A stretch of 61,417 nucleotides of DNA, filler included, from an uncultured bacterium (GTDB lineage Bacteria; Hinthialibacterota; Hinthialibacteria; Hinthialibacterales; Hinthialibacteraceae): the NCBI GenBank assembly GCA_964449065.1. It is 22 parts of 22 records of this genome, joined end to end, with 100 filler letters (N's around TTAATTAATTAA, not from the genome) between each part and the next. Parts side by side here need not be neighbours in the genome. Positions count along the whole stretch, not along the records: positions 1 to 2,841 come from CAYVAZ010000492.1; positions 2,942 to 5,773 come from CAYVAZ010000493.1; positions 5,874 to 8,667 come from CAYVAZ010000494.1; positions 8,768 to 11,554 come from CAYVAZ010000495.1; 18 more parts are not named here. One strand, written 5' to 3'. The notes beneath the pieces are model-generated. The model searched no databases. It saw only the letters and a program-made list of their open reading frames with translations, and had not been told where the DNA came from. How positions within the stretch are numbered: the first letter of the stretch is position 1; each line of letters begins with the position of its first letter. The position numbers and the translations under genes were made by a program. Of this stretch, positions 1 to 9,856 are shown one piece after another.

Positions 1-2841
1 CTTGGTTTTTTAACGGAGCGCTTGCTTCCGGCGGTTCCTGGTCAAGCCTATATCACCAATGTGGTAGCCAGTGGAGGCCATTATCCCTACACCTATTTTT
101 TACGATCGGGACAGTTTCCGTCCGGAATCACGATGGATTCAGATGGGACTTTAAGCGGCACGCCGGAGAGTGGCACAGAAGGGACGTATTTTTTTACCCT
201 TGCTGTAAAAGACAGTGCGGAGATTGTTGCCGAACGAAATTTTGAATTAAAGGTGTCTCCAGAGTTACAAATATTAACTGAAACCCTTCCCTATGCGATG
301 GTTTATACAGGCTATGCACAGACCATTTATGTAACAGGAGGAAATGGAGTTTATACATTTTCATCAACCGGTTTGCCAACGGGATTCAATTTAGATTCTA
401 AGCTGGGTGTTCTATCCGGAAGTTCAGGGGATGCTGGTGAGCATACCGTTCAAGTTGTTGTTGAGGATTCTGATGGTCTTCGAGCGACAAAGAGCTTTGA
501 TTTTTTCATTACATCGACTCCAGAAATTACAACTAATTCTTTGGCCAATGCAGCGGCAGGAAATCCCTATTTGGCAGAGGTGAAGGGCACAGGGGGCAAA
601 GAGCCTTATGTGTTTTCACTGACATCAGGGAATATGCCGGATGGGTTAACGCTTTCAACATCGGGTGAGTTGTCTGGGACACCTGATTATGGAGACAACA
701 TTAAAGCGTCTCCAATCAGTTTAACATTTCAGTTAAAAGATGCATTAAATCAAACGGCAACTAAAACATTAACAATTTCTATTTCGTTGGGTCCACGAAT
801 TGTGGATGATCTTCATGCTCCTCTTCGTGTGGTTGGAGTGAATAAAATGTATGTTGATGCGATTAAGGTTAGAGGAGGAAAAGGACTTCGTTTATTTACC
901 TGCACGGGTTTGCCTCCAGGATTAACATGCAATACGGCTTCGGGTTTTGTTTCAGGAACTGTTGCTCCGGGTAATACGGGCAATTACAGTGTTTCGGTCA
1001 CCGTAAGAGACGAAAATGGTTTGGTGGATTCAGCAGTAAAAAGGATGAAGGTTGTAGCCAGTGGGTTATCGAATTTAAGTTTTGGTGCTCCTTTATTGAC
1101 TTCGGTTGGNNNNNNNNNNNNNNNNNNNNNNNNNNNNNNNNNNNNNNNNNNNNNNNNNNNNNNNNNNNNNNNNNNNNNNNNNNNNNNNNNNNNNNNNNNN
1201 NNNNNNNNNGGAGGGGGCAGTTTTGGGTCTCAAGTTTATACTCCTCTTGGCGCGTATTATCCTCGTCAAGTCATTGTTGTTGATATTTCAGGTGATGGCA
1301 AATTAGATGTCATTACTGTGGGCAACGAAACACTGACTGTGACTGAGGGGAATGGGGATGGCACTTGGGAAAGCACAGGTGTTTATTCCATCAATGATTT
1401 GGGTGGTGATACGGAATACATGGCTGTTGGTGATATTGATGGCGATGGTGATTTGGATGTGGTTGTGAGTCTTTGGGGAACAGACTCAGCCAATCTGTTT
1501 GTTTTTTATAATCAAGGTGGAGGAACACTAGGGAATCGACAATCCCTCACCGTTGGTTATCAATCTTATGGGGTCGCATTGGCTAAAATAATGGATACGA
1601 CTTCAACCGTTGATTTGCTTGTTGGTGTTGGCCAGTGGACGGGTTTATCTCGTTTGCTTGTGTTTAAAAACAATGGCACGTCTTCTCCCTTTGAGGGAGG
1701 GGACAAATATCGAATCAATCCTCCCAATAATCATACGGCCACTTATGGTGCGCCTGTAGTGGCCGATATAAACAGTGATGGTCACTTAGATATAATAACA
1801 AAAATTGGTGGAGCAGCATCTCTATTGATTAATGATGGACAAAGCAAATTTAATTTGTCCGATTTGACTATACCCACCGGTGATACGTCTGGAAATTCGT
1901 GGTTTGGAAGACAACTCATTGCCAGTGATTTTAATGGCGATGGCATTTCTGACATTGCCAGTGCGAATTGGAACGGTGGAGGATCAGGGAGCGTTTCTGT
2001 TGTTTTAGGCAATGGTGATGGAACCTTTGGAAGACAAACAACATTTAGTGCAAACACATCGGGGTGTTCAAGCAATTTGGGAGCACGTTCCATTGATAGT
2101 GCAGATATCAATCGAGATGGCATAATAGATCTTATTGTGGCTACGGGTTGCAATACGTCTCCTGGAAGCCAAGTTTACATTTATTATGGCTATGGCGATG
2201 GATCTTTTAATACATCTAGTCCAAAAGTGTTATCTGGTGAAGGCAACTATGCCGATCATGTGATTGCGCGTGATATGGATGGCGACGGGATTGCTGATGT
2301 TGTGATTGGAAATAACAACAGTTGGATTCAGTTTTACAAAGGCTACGGAGATGGCACATTTGCGACTCCGTCTAGAGCGGATTTGGTGATTGCCAATAAT
2401 ATTTCACAAATGGATGTGGGTGATTTAAATGGAGATGGAATGTTGGATGTGATTGCATCCAGTGTAAGTGGTCCAAATTGGGCGACTGTTTATTCAGGTC
2501 CATCGATGACCATCTCTTCTGTGTCAACGAATTCGGGATTGGGTGGAGTTGATCATGTTGGTCAATATCATGCTGCCCTTGGAATAGCCGATTGGGATCA
2601 TGATGGCGTTCTTGATGTGATTTCGATTCGAGAAGGTTATTATCCTAGAAATTATCAAGGGGGCGGTGGTGTTTATTTTTTTAAAGGCAATGGAGATGGA
2701 AGTTTCTCTATCGGAAGTATTCCGTATAACGTTCCAAATTTTTCGGCTTATTGTCAAAACATACTCACTCTTTTTGATTTAAACGGAAATGGACTGCCTG
2801 ATTTAATCAATGGTTCTCGTCGGTCTTCTACTGATTCAGGG
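1..2841 (+). CDS. Large surface protein, partial at both ends: tandem putative Ig (He_PIG-like) domains followed by FG-GAP/VCBS repeats
   Basis: Repeated GGxxPYxF...LPxGLTL...GxLSGTP units in the N-terminal half and many DxxGDGxxD motifs in the C-terminal half. Internal N gap at 1110-1209, so frame continuity across it is not proven. Confidence 0.8.
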
Positions 2842-2941
2842 NNNNNNNNNNNNNNNNNNNNNNNNNNNNNNNNNNNNNNNNNNNNTTAATTAATTAANNN
2901 NNNNNNNNNNNNNNNNNNNNNNNNNNNNNNNNNNNNNNNNN
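2842..2941. other. Artificial contig linker (N run + TTAATTAATTAA + N run), one of 21 in the window
   Basis: The same 100-nt structure with stops in all six frames recurs every 2.6-2.9 kb, and contig sizes decrease monotonically. Confidence 0.98.
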
Positions 2942-3159
2942 GCGTTGCCGATGTTGAAGTGGACCTCTTTGGATTCGGGCGCGTGGACGGCGGCGATATC
3001 GGTGTATTCTTGTATGGCTTCGCTGAACTTTTCTTGTTCGTAGAGTTGATTGGCACTTTTCATGCGTTCGCGGATGGGGTTAAAAAACGCGCTGAGCGAT
3101 GTTGTAAGCACAAGTAGAACAACTAGAAGCGGTATGTTCAAACGGTGAGAATGGATCAT
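2942..3159 (-). CDS. TPR protein, BatC-like (3' truncated)
   Basis: Signal peptide, then ANQLYEQEKFSEAIQEY...VHFNIGN TPR pattern. Start overlaps the stop of the upstream vWA gene. Confidence 0.75.
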
Positions 3160-4235
3160 TTTGTTCCTCCTTCTGCTGTTCTTTCTTGCGTAAGTTCTTC
3201 ATGCCGGTAGCCGCCGACCGACCGCGTGGGTGCTTTTTTGCGGTCGGACAAAAGCATTTCCAATAATAATAGTACGAGAGCGATGAATAAAAAGTATTGA
3301 TAGCGTTCTTCGTACTGTGAGAAGAACCGGGAGTTGAGCAGCTGCTCTTTGCGGCGTTCTTCCATGTGTTGGTAAATTTCCTGCAATTCGAACGAATCGG
3401 GACGGGCGGTGAAATAGGCGCCGCCGGTGGAGAGGCACATTTTGCGCAGGGTATCTTCATCCAAACGGCTGGTCACGATTTCGCCGGCATTGTCTTTGAC
3501 GTAATCCTCCAACCCGCCCTCTTCATTGCGGATGGGAATGGGCACGCCGGTGATGGGGTCGCCGATGCCGATGGCATAGATGAGGATGCCTTCTTGGGCG
3601 GCGCGTTCGGCGCTTTTGACGGGATCGTCTACCGTATCTTCACCATCGGTGATCAAGATGATGGCGCGGGATTCGCGCTCGCCGGGGGGAAAGGATTCGA
3701 TGGCTTTATCAATGGCGGTGGAGATGGCGGTGCCGGGGATGGGCACCGACCCGATTTCCACTTCGCTCAGCAAGATTTTGGCGGCGGAATAATCCAAGGT
3801 GAGCGGGCATTGCAGAAAGGCCTCTCCGGCGAAAATGACCAGGCCGATACGGCTGCCTTTCATGCGGTTAAAGAGCAGGCTGATTTCCTGCTTGGCTTTG
3901 ATGAGGCGGTTGGGTTTGATGTCTTCGGCGTACATGCTTTTGGAGACATCGAGGGCGATGATGATATCGTGGCCGCGGGAGAAGAGTTCTTGCTCTTTTT
4001 CTCCCCACAACGGGCGGGAAAGCGCGAACAGGCTCAGCGCAAACACACCGAAGAGCATGAAGAGTTTGGCACGCTGTTTTTTGCGGCTGACGCCTTCCAT
4101 GAGGCGTTCAATGAGTTCAAAGTTGCCGAATTGTTTCAACGCGTTGATGCGTTTTTTCCACGCCCAACGCAGGAAGAAGAAGAGCGGCACCAAGAGCCAC
4201 AATAAGTTTAAGAGTTCTGCCTGTCCGAATTTCAT
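3156..4235 (-). CDS. batB: vWA domain protein, BatB-like
   Basis: BatA-type N-terminus, MIDAS DVSKS, PNRL, CPLTLD, ITDGED; operon context. Confidence 0.85.
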   Translation of the reverse strand: MKFGQAELLNLLWLLVPLFFFLRWAWKKRINALKQFGNFELIERLMEGVSRKKQRAKLFMLFGVFALSLFALSRPLWGEKEQELFSRGHDIIIALDVSKSMYAEDIKPNRLIKAKQEISLLFNRMKGSRIGLVIFAGEAFLQCPLTLDYSAAKILLSEVEIGSVPIPGTAISTAIDKAIESFPPGERESRAIILITDGEDTVDDPVKSAERAAQEGILIYAIGIGDPITGVPIPIRNEEGGLEDYVKDNAGEIVTSRLDEDTLRKMCLSTGGAYFTARPDSFELQEIYQHMEERRKEQLLNSRFFSQYEERYQYFLFIALVLLLLEMLLSDRKKAPTRSVGGYRHEELTQERTAEGGTK

Positions 4236-4245
4236 AATCCATCCA

Positions 4246-5331
4246 TTACGGTAATTTTCGGAACCGGGTTTGCGATAAGAACACTTCCAGCAGCAAGAGA
4301 ATCAATGCCGGAACAAGTACATAGGGGAAGAGTTCACGGAAACGCCGGTGTCCTTCGGTTTTGATTTCGGTTTTTTCCAGTTCATCGATTTCGGTAAAAA
4401 TTTGATGCAGTTCTTCGGTGTTGGTTGCGCGGAAGTATTGGCCATTTGTCTTGTTGGCGATTTGTTTTAAGGTTTCTTCATCGATGCGTTCGGCGCCCTG
4501 TTGCTGCTGCAAGCGTTTGCCCAAAAAGTCTTCGACCAATACATAGGGCGCTTCATAGCCGCCCACACCGATGGTGTAAATGGTAACATCCAGCGCGGCG
4601 GCCATATCGGCGGCGGTAAGCGGGTCGATTTGGCCGGCGTTGTTCGCGCCATCCGTTAACAGCACAACCACTTTGCTTTTGGCTTCGGTATGCACCAAGC
4701 GGTTGAGGGATGATGCAATGGCGTTGCCGATGGCGGTGCTGGTTTGCGGCACCATACCGATTTTTACATTGTCTAAAAAGGTTTGGACAATGCCATAATC
4801 CACCGTTAAGGGGCATTGCAAATACGCTTCGGACGCGAACACCACCATGCCGATGCGGTCATTGCGGCGGCCTTGGATGAAGGATTCGACGGCTTCTTTG
4901 GTGACCTGCAAGCGGGTGCGGCGTTTGTTTACATCCAAGTCGATAAGGTTCATGCTGCCCGATACGTCCACGGTCAAGATGATATCCACTCCTTCGGTGT
5001 AGATATCGCTGGTGACGATTTCGGCCTGCGGCCGCGCCATGGCGATGATAAACAACGATAGCACAATCAGACGCAATCCGTACAACGCGTGCCGGATGGT
5101 GTGGGTGATCGGCGTGCGGACGCTGCGGACGTTGAGGGTTTCTTTCACGCGTTTGATATCCGAATAGCGCATGGGGGCCGCGGTGCGTTTGGAGGTGTAG
5201 TTGTAGATCAAATACGGGATGATAAAAAGGGCGAAGAGGTAGACCGGATAGGCCAACTGGTCGGCCACATACCACACCAATGCGGCAACGGCCGCGATGA
5301 TCAATAGGGTGAAAAAGAATATTGTTCTCAT
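4246..5331 (-). CDS. batA: vWA domain protein, BatA-like (likely start MRTIFF at 5331)
   Basis: AMARPQ, DVSGSM, DRIGMVVF, TAIGNA, LLTDGANNAG, IDELEKT motifs. Confidence 0.88.
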   Translation of the reverse strand: MRTIFFFTLLIIAAVAALVWYVADQLAYPVYLFALFIIPYLIYNYTSKRTAAPMRYSDIKRVKETLNVRSVRTPITHTIRHALYGLRLIVLSLFIIAMARPQAEIVTSDIYTEGVDIILTVDVSGSMNLIDLDVNKRRTRLQVTKEAVESFIQGRRNDRIGMVVFASEAYLQCPLTVDYGIVQTFLDNVKIGMVPQTSTAIGNAIASSLNRLVHTEAKSKVVVLLTDGANNAGQIDPLTAADMAAALDVTIYTIGVGGYEAPYVLVEDFLGKRLQQQQGAERIDEETLKQIANKTNGQYFRATNTEELHQIFTEIDELEKTEIKTEGHRRFRELFPYVLVPALILLLLEVFLSQTRFRKLP

Positions 5332-5332
5332 G

Positions 5333-5773
5333 TTACTGCTCTGCTTGGATTGTTGGTTTGGTATGATCGACAATTTCAACCCCGCGGTCAATCAGCGATA
5401 AAAAGATGCTGTCATCGGGCTCGTGTTTGGCAAATTTCATCAAGTCGCAATGTTCAAAGAACGAATTAAACTTTCGATTGATATCATCACCCAACGAGAG
5501 GGTTTTGATTTCTTGCATAATTTCATCCGATGTTTCATCCAGCGCATCGATGCCGTAGCGGTTGTATAGGTAAGCACGAATAATTTCGCTCACGGCGATG
5601 GAAAACGCTTTGTATTCTTTGCCGTCGATGAGATCGCGGCGGTTGCGCAGTTCTTCCAGGGCACGATAGGCTTTTTCGTGCGCGGGCAATGGCGGCGGGG
5701 CGTGTTTATCTTTTTTGCCATACTTACGGCGGCGGTACCACCAGAACCCAAGAATTGCTAAAAGAATCAATAC
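5333..5773 (-). CDS. Bat-operon membrane protein, C-terminal part (5' truncated)
   Basis: TM helix, then PPPLPAHEKAYRAL...IIRAYL...DLMKFAK, typical of the gene preceding batA. Confidence 0.7.
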   Translation of the reverse strand, partial: VLILLAILGFWWYRRRKYGKKDKHAPPPLPAHEKAYRALEELRNRRDLIDGKEYKAFSIAVSEIIRAYLYNRYGIDALDETSDEIMQEIKTLSLGDDINRKFNSFFEHCDLMKFAKHEPDDSIFLSLIDRGVEIVDHTKPTIQAEQ

Positions 5774-5873
5774 NNNNNNNNNNNNNNNNNNNNNNNNNNN
5801 NNNNNNNNNNNNNNNNNTTAATTAATTAANNNNNNNNNNNNNNNNNNNNNNNNNNNNNNNNNNNNNNNNNNNN

Positions 5874-6052
5874 TTGAAACAAAAAACAGAAAACAACTTC
5901 GAGACAATCCCGTTGCCCCTTGGGAAGTGCGTTCCGGTAAATACCGGATATTTTATGAAGTGGATGAAACCTCTAGAAAAGTTACAATTGTGGCTGTTGG
6001 ACATAAAGAACATAATATGCTATTGATAAGAGGAAAAGAGGTGAAGATATGA
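5874..6052 (+). CDS. RelE/ParE-family toxin, C-terminal part (not in the ORF track)
   Basis: Hand translation from 5876: ETKNRKQLRDNPVAPWEVRSGKYRIFYEVDETSRKVTIVAVGHK...; the stop overlaps the next start (ATGA at 6049-6052). Confidence 0.8.
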
Positions 6053-6306
6053 AAACGGTTGATTTAGAAAAAGATAAACTGGATGTAAAAGAAATAATCA
6101 AACTCGCCCGGAAAGAGCCCATATTGCTTTTAGCGCCTGATGGCAAGGAATTTCTTATTTCGGAAGCGGATAATTTTGAAAGGGAAGTTCAATCACTTCG
6201 GGAAAGCACTGCCTTTCAGAAATTCTTAGATGAAAGATCGGAGTGCACTCAAAAAACTCCTTTGGAAGAAATCGAAAAAGAGATTGAGAAGGAACTGGTA
6301 GAGTAA
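6049..6306 (+). CDS. Probable antitoxin (Phd/YefM-like), coupled to the RelE-like toxin
   Basis: 85 aa, acidic, IIKLARKEPILL N-terminus, translational coupling. Confidence 0.6.
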   Translation: MKTVDLEKDKLDVKEIIKLARKEPILLLAPDGKEFLISEADNFEREVQSLRESTAFQKFLDERSECTQKTPLEEIEKEIEKELVE

Positions 6307-6467
6307 CAAAAAACTGCCTAATACCATTTCGAATTTGAACGCTAAGTTCGCGTAGGATAAGCACGGTCTTTTTGTATCCATCATTCATGGATAAAGTATA
6401 ATCGGCGTGCAAAAAGAAACTTTGCCGGGGATGCAATCTTGGTGACAGACAAATAGGGCAAAGGTAT

Positions 6468-6806
6468 ATGACAAAAAACCCGAAGAGAAAATCCAAACAA
6501 CCAAAGTATCGAACGAAAAAAATTCGTGTCGGTGTGGCGTGGTATGAAACAGAATCAGAATGGGAAGAAGTTCGTGCGTTCGCTGCTGATCCCGACCGCC
6601 TGGAGGAGACGTATGAGGAATGGTTATCTGTGGCGGAAGATGCACTGAAAGAAGTCGCATCGACAGGTGTAGTGACTGAGAAAGTGTACTTGGACGCAAA
6701 GACACTGAAAGAATGGTGCCGGAATAATGATAAGAAAAACGATGGAAGCGCTCGAGCGGAATTGGCATCGCGATTAATTCAAGCAAAATATGAACAAAAT
6801 AAGTGA
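6468..6806 (+). CDS. Hypothetical protein
   Basis: 112-aa ORF with natural composition (VGVAWY...EW...LEETYEEW). Confidence 0.65.
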   Translation: MTKNPKRKSKQPKYRTKKIRVGVAWYETESEWEEVRAFAADPDRLEETYEEWLSVAEDALKEVASTGVVTEKVYLDAKTLKEWCRNNDKKNDGSARAELASRLIQAKYEQNK

Positions 6807-6953
6807 AAGTATGTGATTCGAGAATTACAGGTTCCTGGAGAATGAAATGTCCGAATCCGTTATACTACAAACATAATACGGCATTCTTACGTAATCTCAA
6901 AATCAACTCTCGGCGACCGGCCGGAACCTTCTTTTGCACATTCGCTACCGTGT

Positions 6954-7364
6954 TCAAGAAAGAACAATTTTGAACGTTTTTCTTCCTTTAATCCTGTAAA
7001 CCATAAAATCACGATCAATCGTTGCTATGGTATTTAGGTTAAGTTGTTCAGCCATATATACAAGACATGAATCCGCAAAATCCATTGGTAAATCACGGTA
7101 ATTTTCTGTCAGCTCTTTTAATCTGTGAAAATCGTTATTTTGGATATCATGAATCTCAACTCCTCCTCTGCTAATCCACTCTAAAAAATCAATCTGAGCG
7201 TTTCGGTTGAAATCCAATACGTGAAGTGTCTCTGTTATGGATGCTATTGTTGTGATAAGAGGATGTTTATTTCGTTTGATAAAATCAACCGATTCTTGAT
7301 GGTATCTATCGGATGAATCGAATAACGCAATTAAAGGGCCGGAGTCTATGAGAATTTTTTTCAT
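6954..7364 (-). CDS. vapC: PIN-domain (VapC-like) toxin
   Basis: ILIDSGPLIA, ITE, MDFADSCL, IATIDRDF. Confidence 0.9.
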   Translation of the reverse strand: MKKILIDSGPLIALFDSSDRYHQESVDFIKRNKHPLITTIASITETLHVLDFNRNAQIDFLEWISRGGVEIHDIQNNDFHRLKELTENYRDLPMDFADSCLVYMAEQLNLNTIATIDRDFMVYRIKGRKTFKIVLS

Positions 7365-7603
7365 CTTCTTTTAGCCCGAATTTTTTCTTGTACAATCGTT
7401 TTTCGATCGACCGACAAATTTGTTAAACCGCTTGCATATCTGCCAAAAATATCTTTCCCCAATTCCCAAGCATTAGGACTTTCCAGCTTTCCAAGATATT
7501 CAATTACACTTTTGCGAATCAACTCGGATTGGGTTAGACCAAGATTTTTGGCGGCGGTACGAATCTCTTTTTCTAAATTTGAATCGAGTCTTACTGTGAT
7601 CAT
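7361..7603 (-). CDS. Ribbon-helix-helix (CopG-like) antitoxin
   Basis: MITVRLD...LTQSELIRKSV; 4-nt overlap with the PIN gene; RBS GGAGGTG. Confidence 0.85.
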   Translation of the reverse strand: MITVRLDSNLEKEIRTAAKNLGLTQSELIRKSVIEYLGKLESPNAWELGKDIFGRYASGLTNLSVDRKTIVQEKIRAKRR

Positions 7604-7608
7604 ATTGT

Positions 7609-7653
7609 CACCTCCGTATTACGGATTGTAATACAATGACGTTGATAGGTCAA
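7609..7653 (-). promoter_or_regulatory. Sigma70 promoter with two palindromic operators for the RHH-PIN operon
   Basis: Minus strand TTGACC-17 nt-TACAAT. Palindromes TCCGTATTACGGA (7613-7625) and ATTGTAATACAAT (7625-7637). Confidence 0.7.
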
Positions 7654-7752
7654 TCGGCTTCCGCCACATGAGTGCATGTCATCTCTCCGGGAAAAGAAGT
7701 GATTGCTTGAAAGGTGGAATGATAGCAAGATAGAGGGATAGCACAAAATGGT

Positions 7753-7800
7753 GCGCTGGATCTGACGCGGGAGGTAGTCAGGTGCAGCGCCTTGTTAGCC
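7753..7800 (-). other. Degenerate attC-like hairpin after brnA
   Basis: Minus strand GGCTAAC overlaps the stop codon, followed by AAGGCGCTGCACCTGAC...GTCAGATCCAGCGC. No closing GTT core. Confidence 0.45.
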
Positions 7801-8076
7801 CTGCTTGCTTACGACCGTTTGCAATTCCTCACGCACCGCCTGACGCACCGCTTCCAGCATGGATTCTTGTTGGATGTATTCCATGAGTGCGTCGTTGATT
7901 AGGGTTTGGTAATTACCACCACCAGCCTTCTCAACAATGTTGCGAAAGTAATCCAACGCGCGGTTGTCGAGGCGAATAGAGATTTTGGTCTTTCCCGGCT
8001 CCGATGATACCACCGGACCACGTTTGGCGTTCGTAAAATCAATATCACGATACTGTTCAGCGATGGTCTTTTGCAT
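7795..8076 (-). CDS. brnA: BrnA-family antitoxin (likely start 8076)
   Basis: KTKISIRLD...LDYFR...GGNYQTLINDAL. Confidence 0.88.
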   Translation of the reverse strand: MQKTIAEQYRDIDFTNAKRGPVVSSEPGKTKISIRLDNRALDYFRNIVEKAGGGNYQTLINDALMEYIQQESMLEAVRQAVREELQTVVSKQG

Positions 8077-8335
8077 ATTGTATCCTTTGCCGCCGATTGG
8101 CTCTCCACGCCGAAATGATGCGGATGAACTCTGGCTCACGATAGGTGTAGACCACCACCAGCAATTTCGCGGCACTACTCATGCCCAACGTGACGAAGCG
8201 TTGCTCTCCTTCACTATCAGGGTCTTCGCGCGTCAGGGCGAAGTCGTCCTCTAAAACAGTGACGGCTTCGGCAAAACTTACCCCATGCGCGGCAAGGTTC
8301 GCTTCTGCTTTAGCGGGGTCCCATTCATATTGCAT
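8057..8335 (-). CDS. brnT: BrnT-family toxin
   Basis: YEWDPAKAEANLAAHGVSF...EQRFVTLG...RIISAWRA. Confidence 0.92.
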   Translation of the reverse strand: MQYEWDPAKAEANLAAHGVSFAEAVTVLEDDFALTREDPDSEGEQRFVTLGMSSAAKLLVVVYTYREPEFIRIISAWRANRRQRIQYAKDHR

Positions 8336-8341
8336 CTACAA

Positions 8342-8370
8342 AGTGTATGGACAATCGTATTCTTCGTCAA
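8342..8370 (-). promoter_or_regulatory. Sigma70 promoter for brnTA, probably leaderless
   Basis: TTGACG-17 nt-TACACT, 6 nt before the ATG, no SD. Confidence 0.65.
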
Positions 8371-8767
8371 GGGTTGGGAAAATCGTTGAAATGACGGGGT
8401 GGCCAAGCCAAATCCGGGAGTGAGAAATGGACACGTGGAAATTTGTACCGTGTCTAAAATCTTTCTTTCAGATATTGATTCATTAAAATTCTAAAGTGGA
8501 ATCCATCCATTAGTATTCGGTTATCACCGCTTGTTACCAAAGCGTTTTCCACCCGCCATTAAGTATAAAATAATCGACGAAACAGTTTATGCTTCATCTG
8601 TTTTGGATTGCAGTTATATTGGTAGGGTGGGCTCAACACTCTTACAACCTTGATTACGCTTTATGTCNNNNNNNNNNNNNNNNNNNNNNNNNNNNNNNNN
8701 NNNNNNNNNNNTTAATTAATTAANNNNNNNNNNNNNNNNNNNNNNNNNNNNNNNNNNNNNNNNNNNN

Positions 8768-9778
8768 GAATCCCATATCGTCATTCATACTTGGAGCGAA
8801 CACAGCCGCTTGGTTTTGGTGGAGCTTTCCATCTGCGATTTTACCCGCAATAACAAAGACAAAGCGCGGCAACTTGCGGATGAGATCAACAAAGTATTTC
8901 AACCGAAAAGAACCTTGCGCGAAGAAACCGGAATGATTCCGCGCTTGTCAAAACCATTGTCTACCGGGCATGGCTTTTATGTGGATATGAGTGATTTGCT
9001 GGATACCCGGCAATCCAAATGGCAGCAAATTTCTATCGCGCAAACGAAGGCGTATGGCAAAACATTGATCTTGGATGACGTGTTTCAAACCACGGAAAGC
9101 GATCATGCCTTTTATCATGAACCGCTGGTGCATGTGCCGATGCTGCATCACCCGCAACCCAAACGGGTTTTGATTTGCGGCGGGGGCGACGGCGGGGCCG
9201 CGTATGAAGTGTTAAAGCATCCCAGCGTGATTCAATGTGATGTTGTTGAGATTGATGAAGACGTGATAGAGATTTCGAAGAAGCACCTTTTTGAAGTACA
9301 TCAGGGAGCATTGGACGATAAGCGCGTGCATATTCACATCGGGGATGCCAACCGGTTTTTGCAGAAGCGAGAGAATTATTATGATGTAATCATAGTAGAT
9401 GCGACCAATCCAATCGAAGAAGAGAACTCTTTATTCGGGAAAGAGTTTTATGCCAACGTGAATACGAAAATTAATCCAAATGGTGTGATTGGATTACACG
9501 CGGGAACGCCCTATACCCATCCTAAAGAAATGCAGAACGTGGTGCAAAACGTTCAATCTGTTTTTGCCAACGCGATTCCCTACCTTGCGTTTGTGCCGTC
9601 ATTCGGGACGGTATCGTGCTTTTATCTGTGTCTTTATTCAAACGGGGGCCGTTTACAATCGAGCCAAATTTCTCAACGAATGAAAGAAAGAAACCTGGTT
9701 GATTTACAGCTGCTGTCTCCAGAAATGGTTCATGCATGGTTCAGCGTCCCTCCTAATTTGCGATTTATGCAACGTTAA
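8768..9778 (+). CDS. speE: Fused S-adenosylmethionine decarboxylase / polyamine aminopropyltransferase (5' truncated)
   Basis: Frame is open from the contig start and reads ESHIVIHTWSE...SIC (AdoMetDC cleavage motif), then YHEPLVH, VLICGGGDGG, VEID, DVIIVDAT. Confidence 0.88.
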   Translation, partial: ESHIVIHTWSEHSRLVLVELSICDFTRNNKDKARQLADEINKVFQPKRTLREETGMIPRLSKPLSTGHGFYVDMSDLLDTRQSKWQQISIAQTKAYGKTLILDDVFQTTESDHAFYHEPLVHVPMLHHPQPKRVLICGGGDGGAAYEVLKHPSVIQCDVVEIDEDVIEISKKHLFEVHQGALDDKRVHIHIGDANRFLQKRENYYDVIIVDATNPIEEENSLFGKEFYANVNTKINPNGVIGLHAGTPYTHPKEMQNVVQNVQSVFANAIPYLAFVPSFGTVSCFYLCLYSNGGRLQSSQISQRMKERNLVDLQLLSPEMVHAWFSVPPNLRFMQR

Positions 9779-9818
9779 CAACAACGCATTGGATTAAGCC
9801 AAACCATACATCCGTCCC

Positions 9819-9840
9819 GGCGGGAGCACCGCCCTCCCAA
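9819..9840. repeat. REP-like family GGCRGGAGCCTCGCCCTCCC
   Basis: Other copies near 13347-13373 (inverted), 48449-48502 (two), 51099-51124 and 51329-51420 (one good, two degenerate); all intergenic. Confidence 0.8.
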
Positions 9841-9856
9841 CAACGGACGACACAAA

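Noticed and set aside
3366..4205. Long antisense or alternative-frame ORFs (also 14976-16070, 15584-16345, 18750-19493, 52170-52886)
   Set aside because: They are shadows of well-supported genes on the other strand or frame and have no recognisable motifs.
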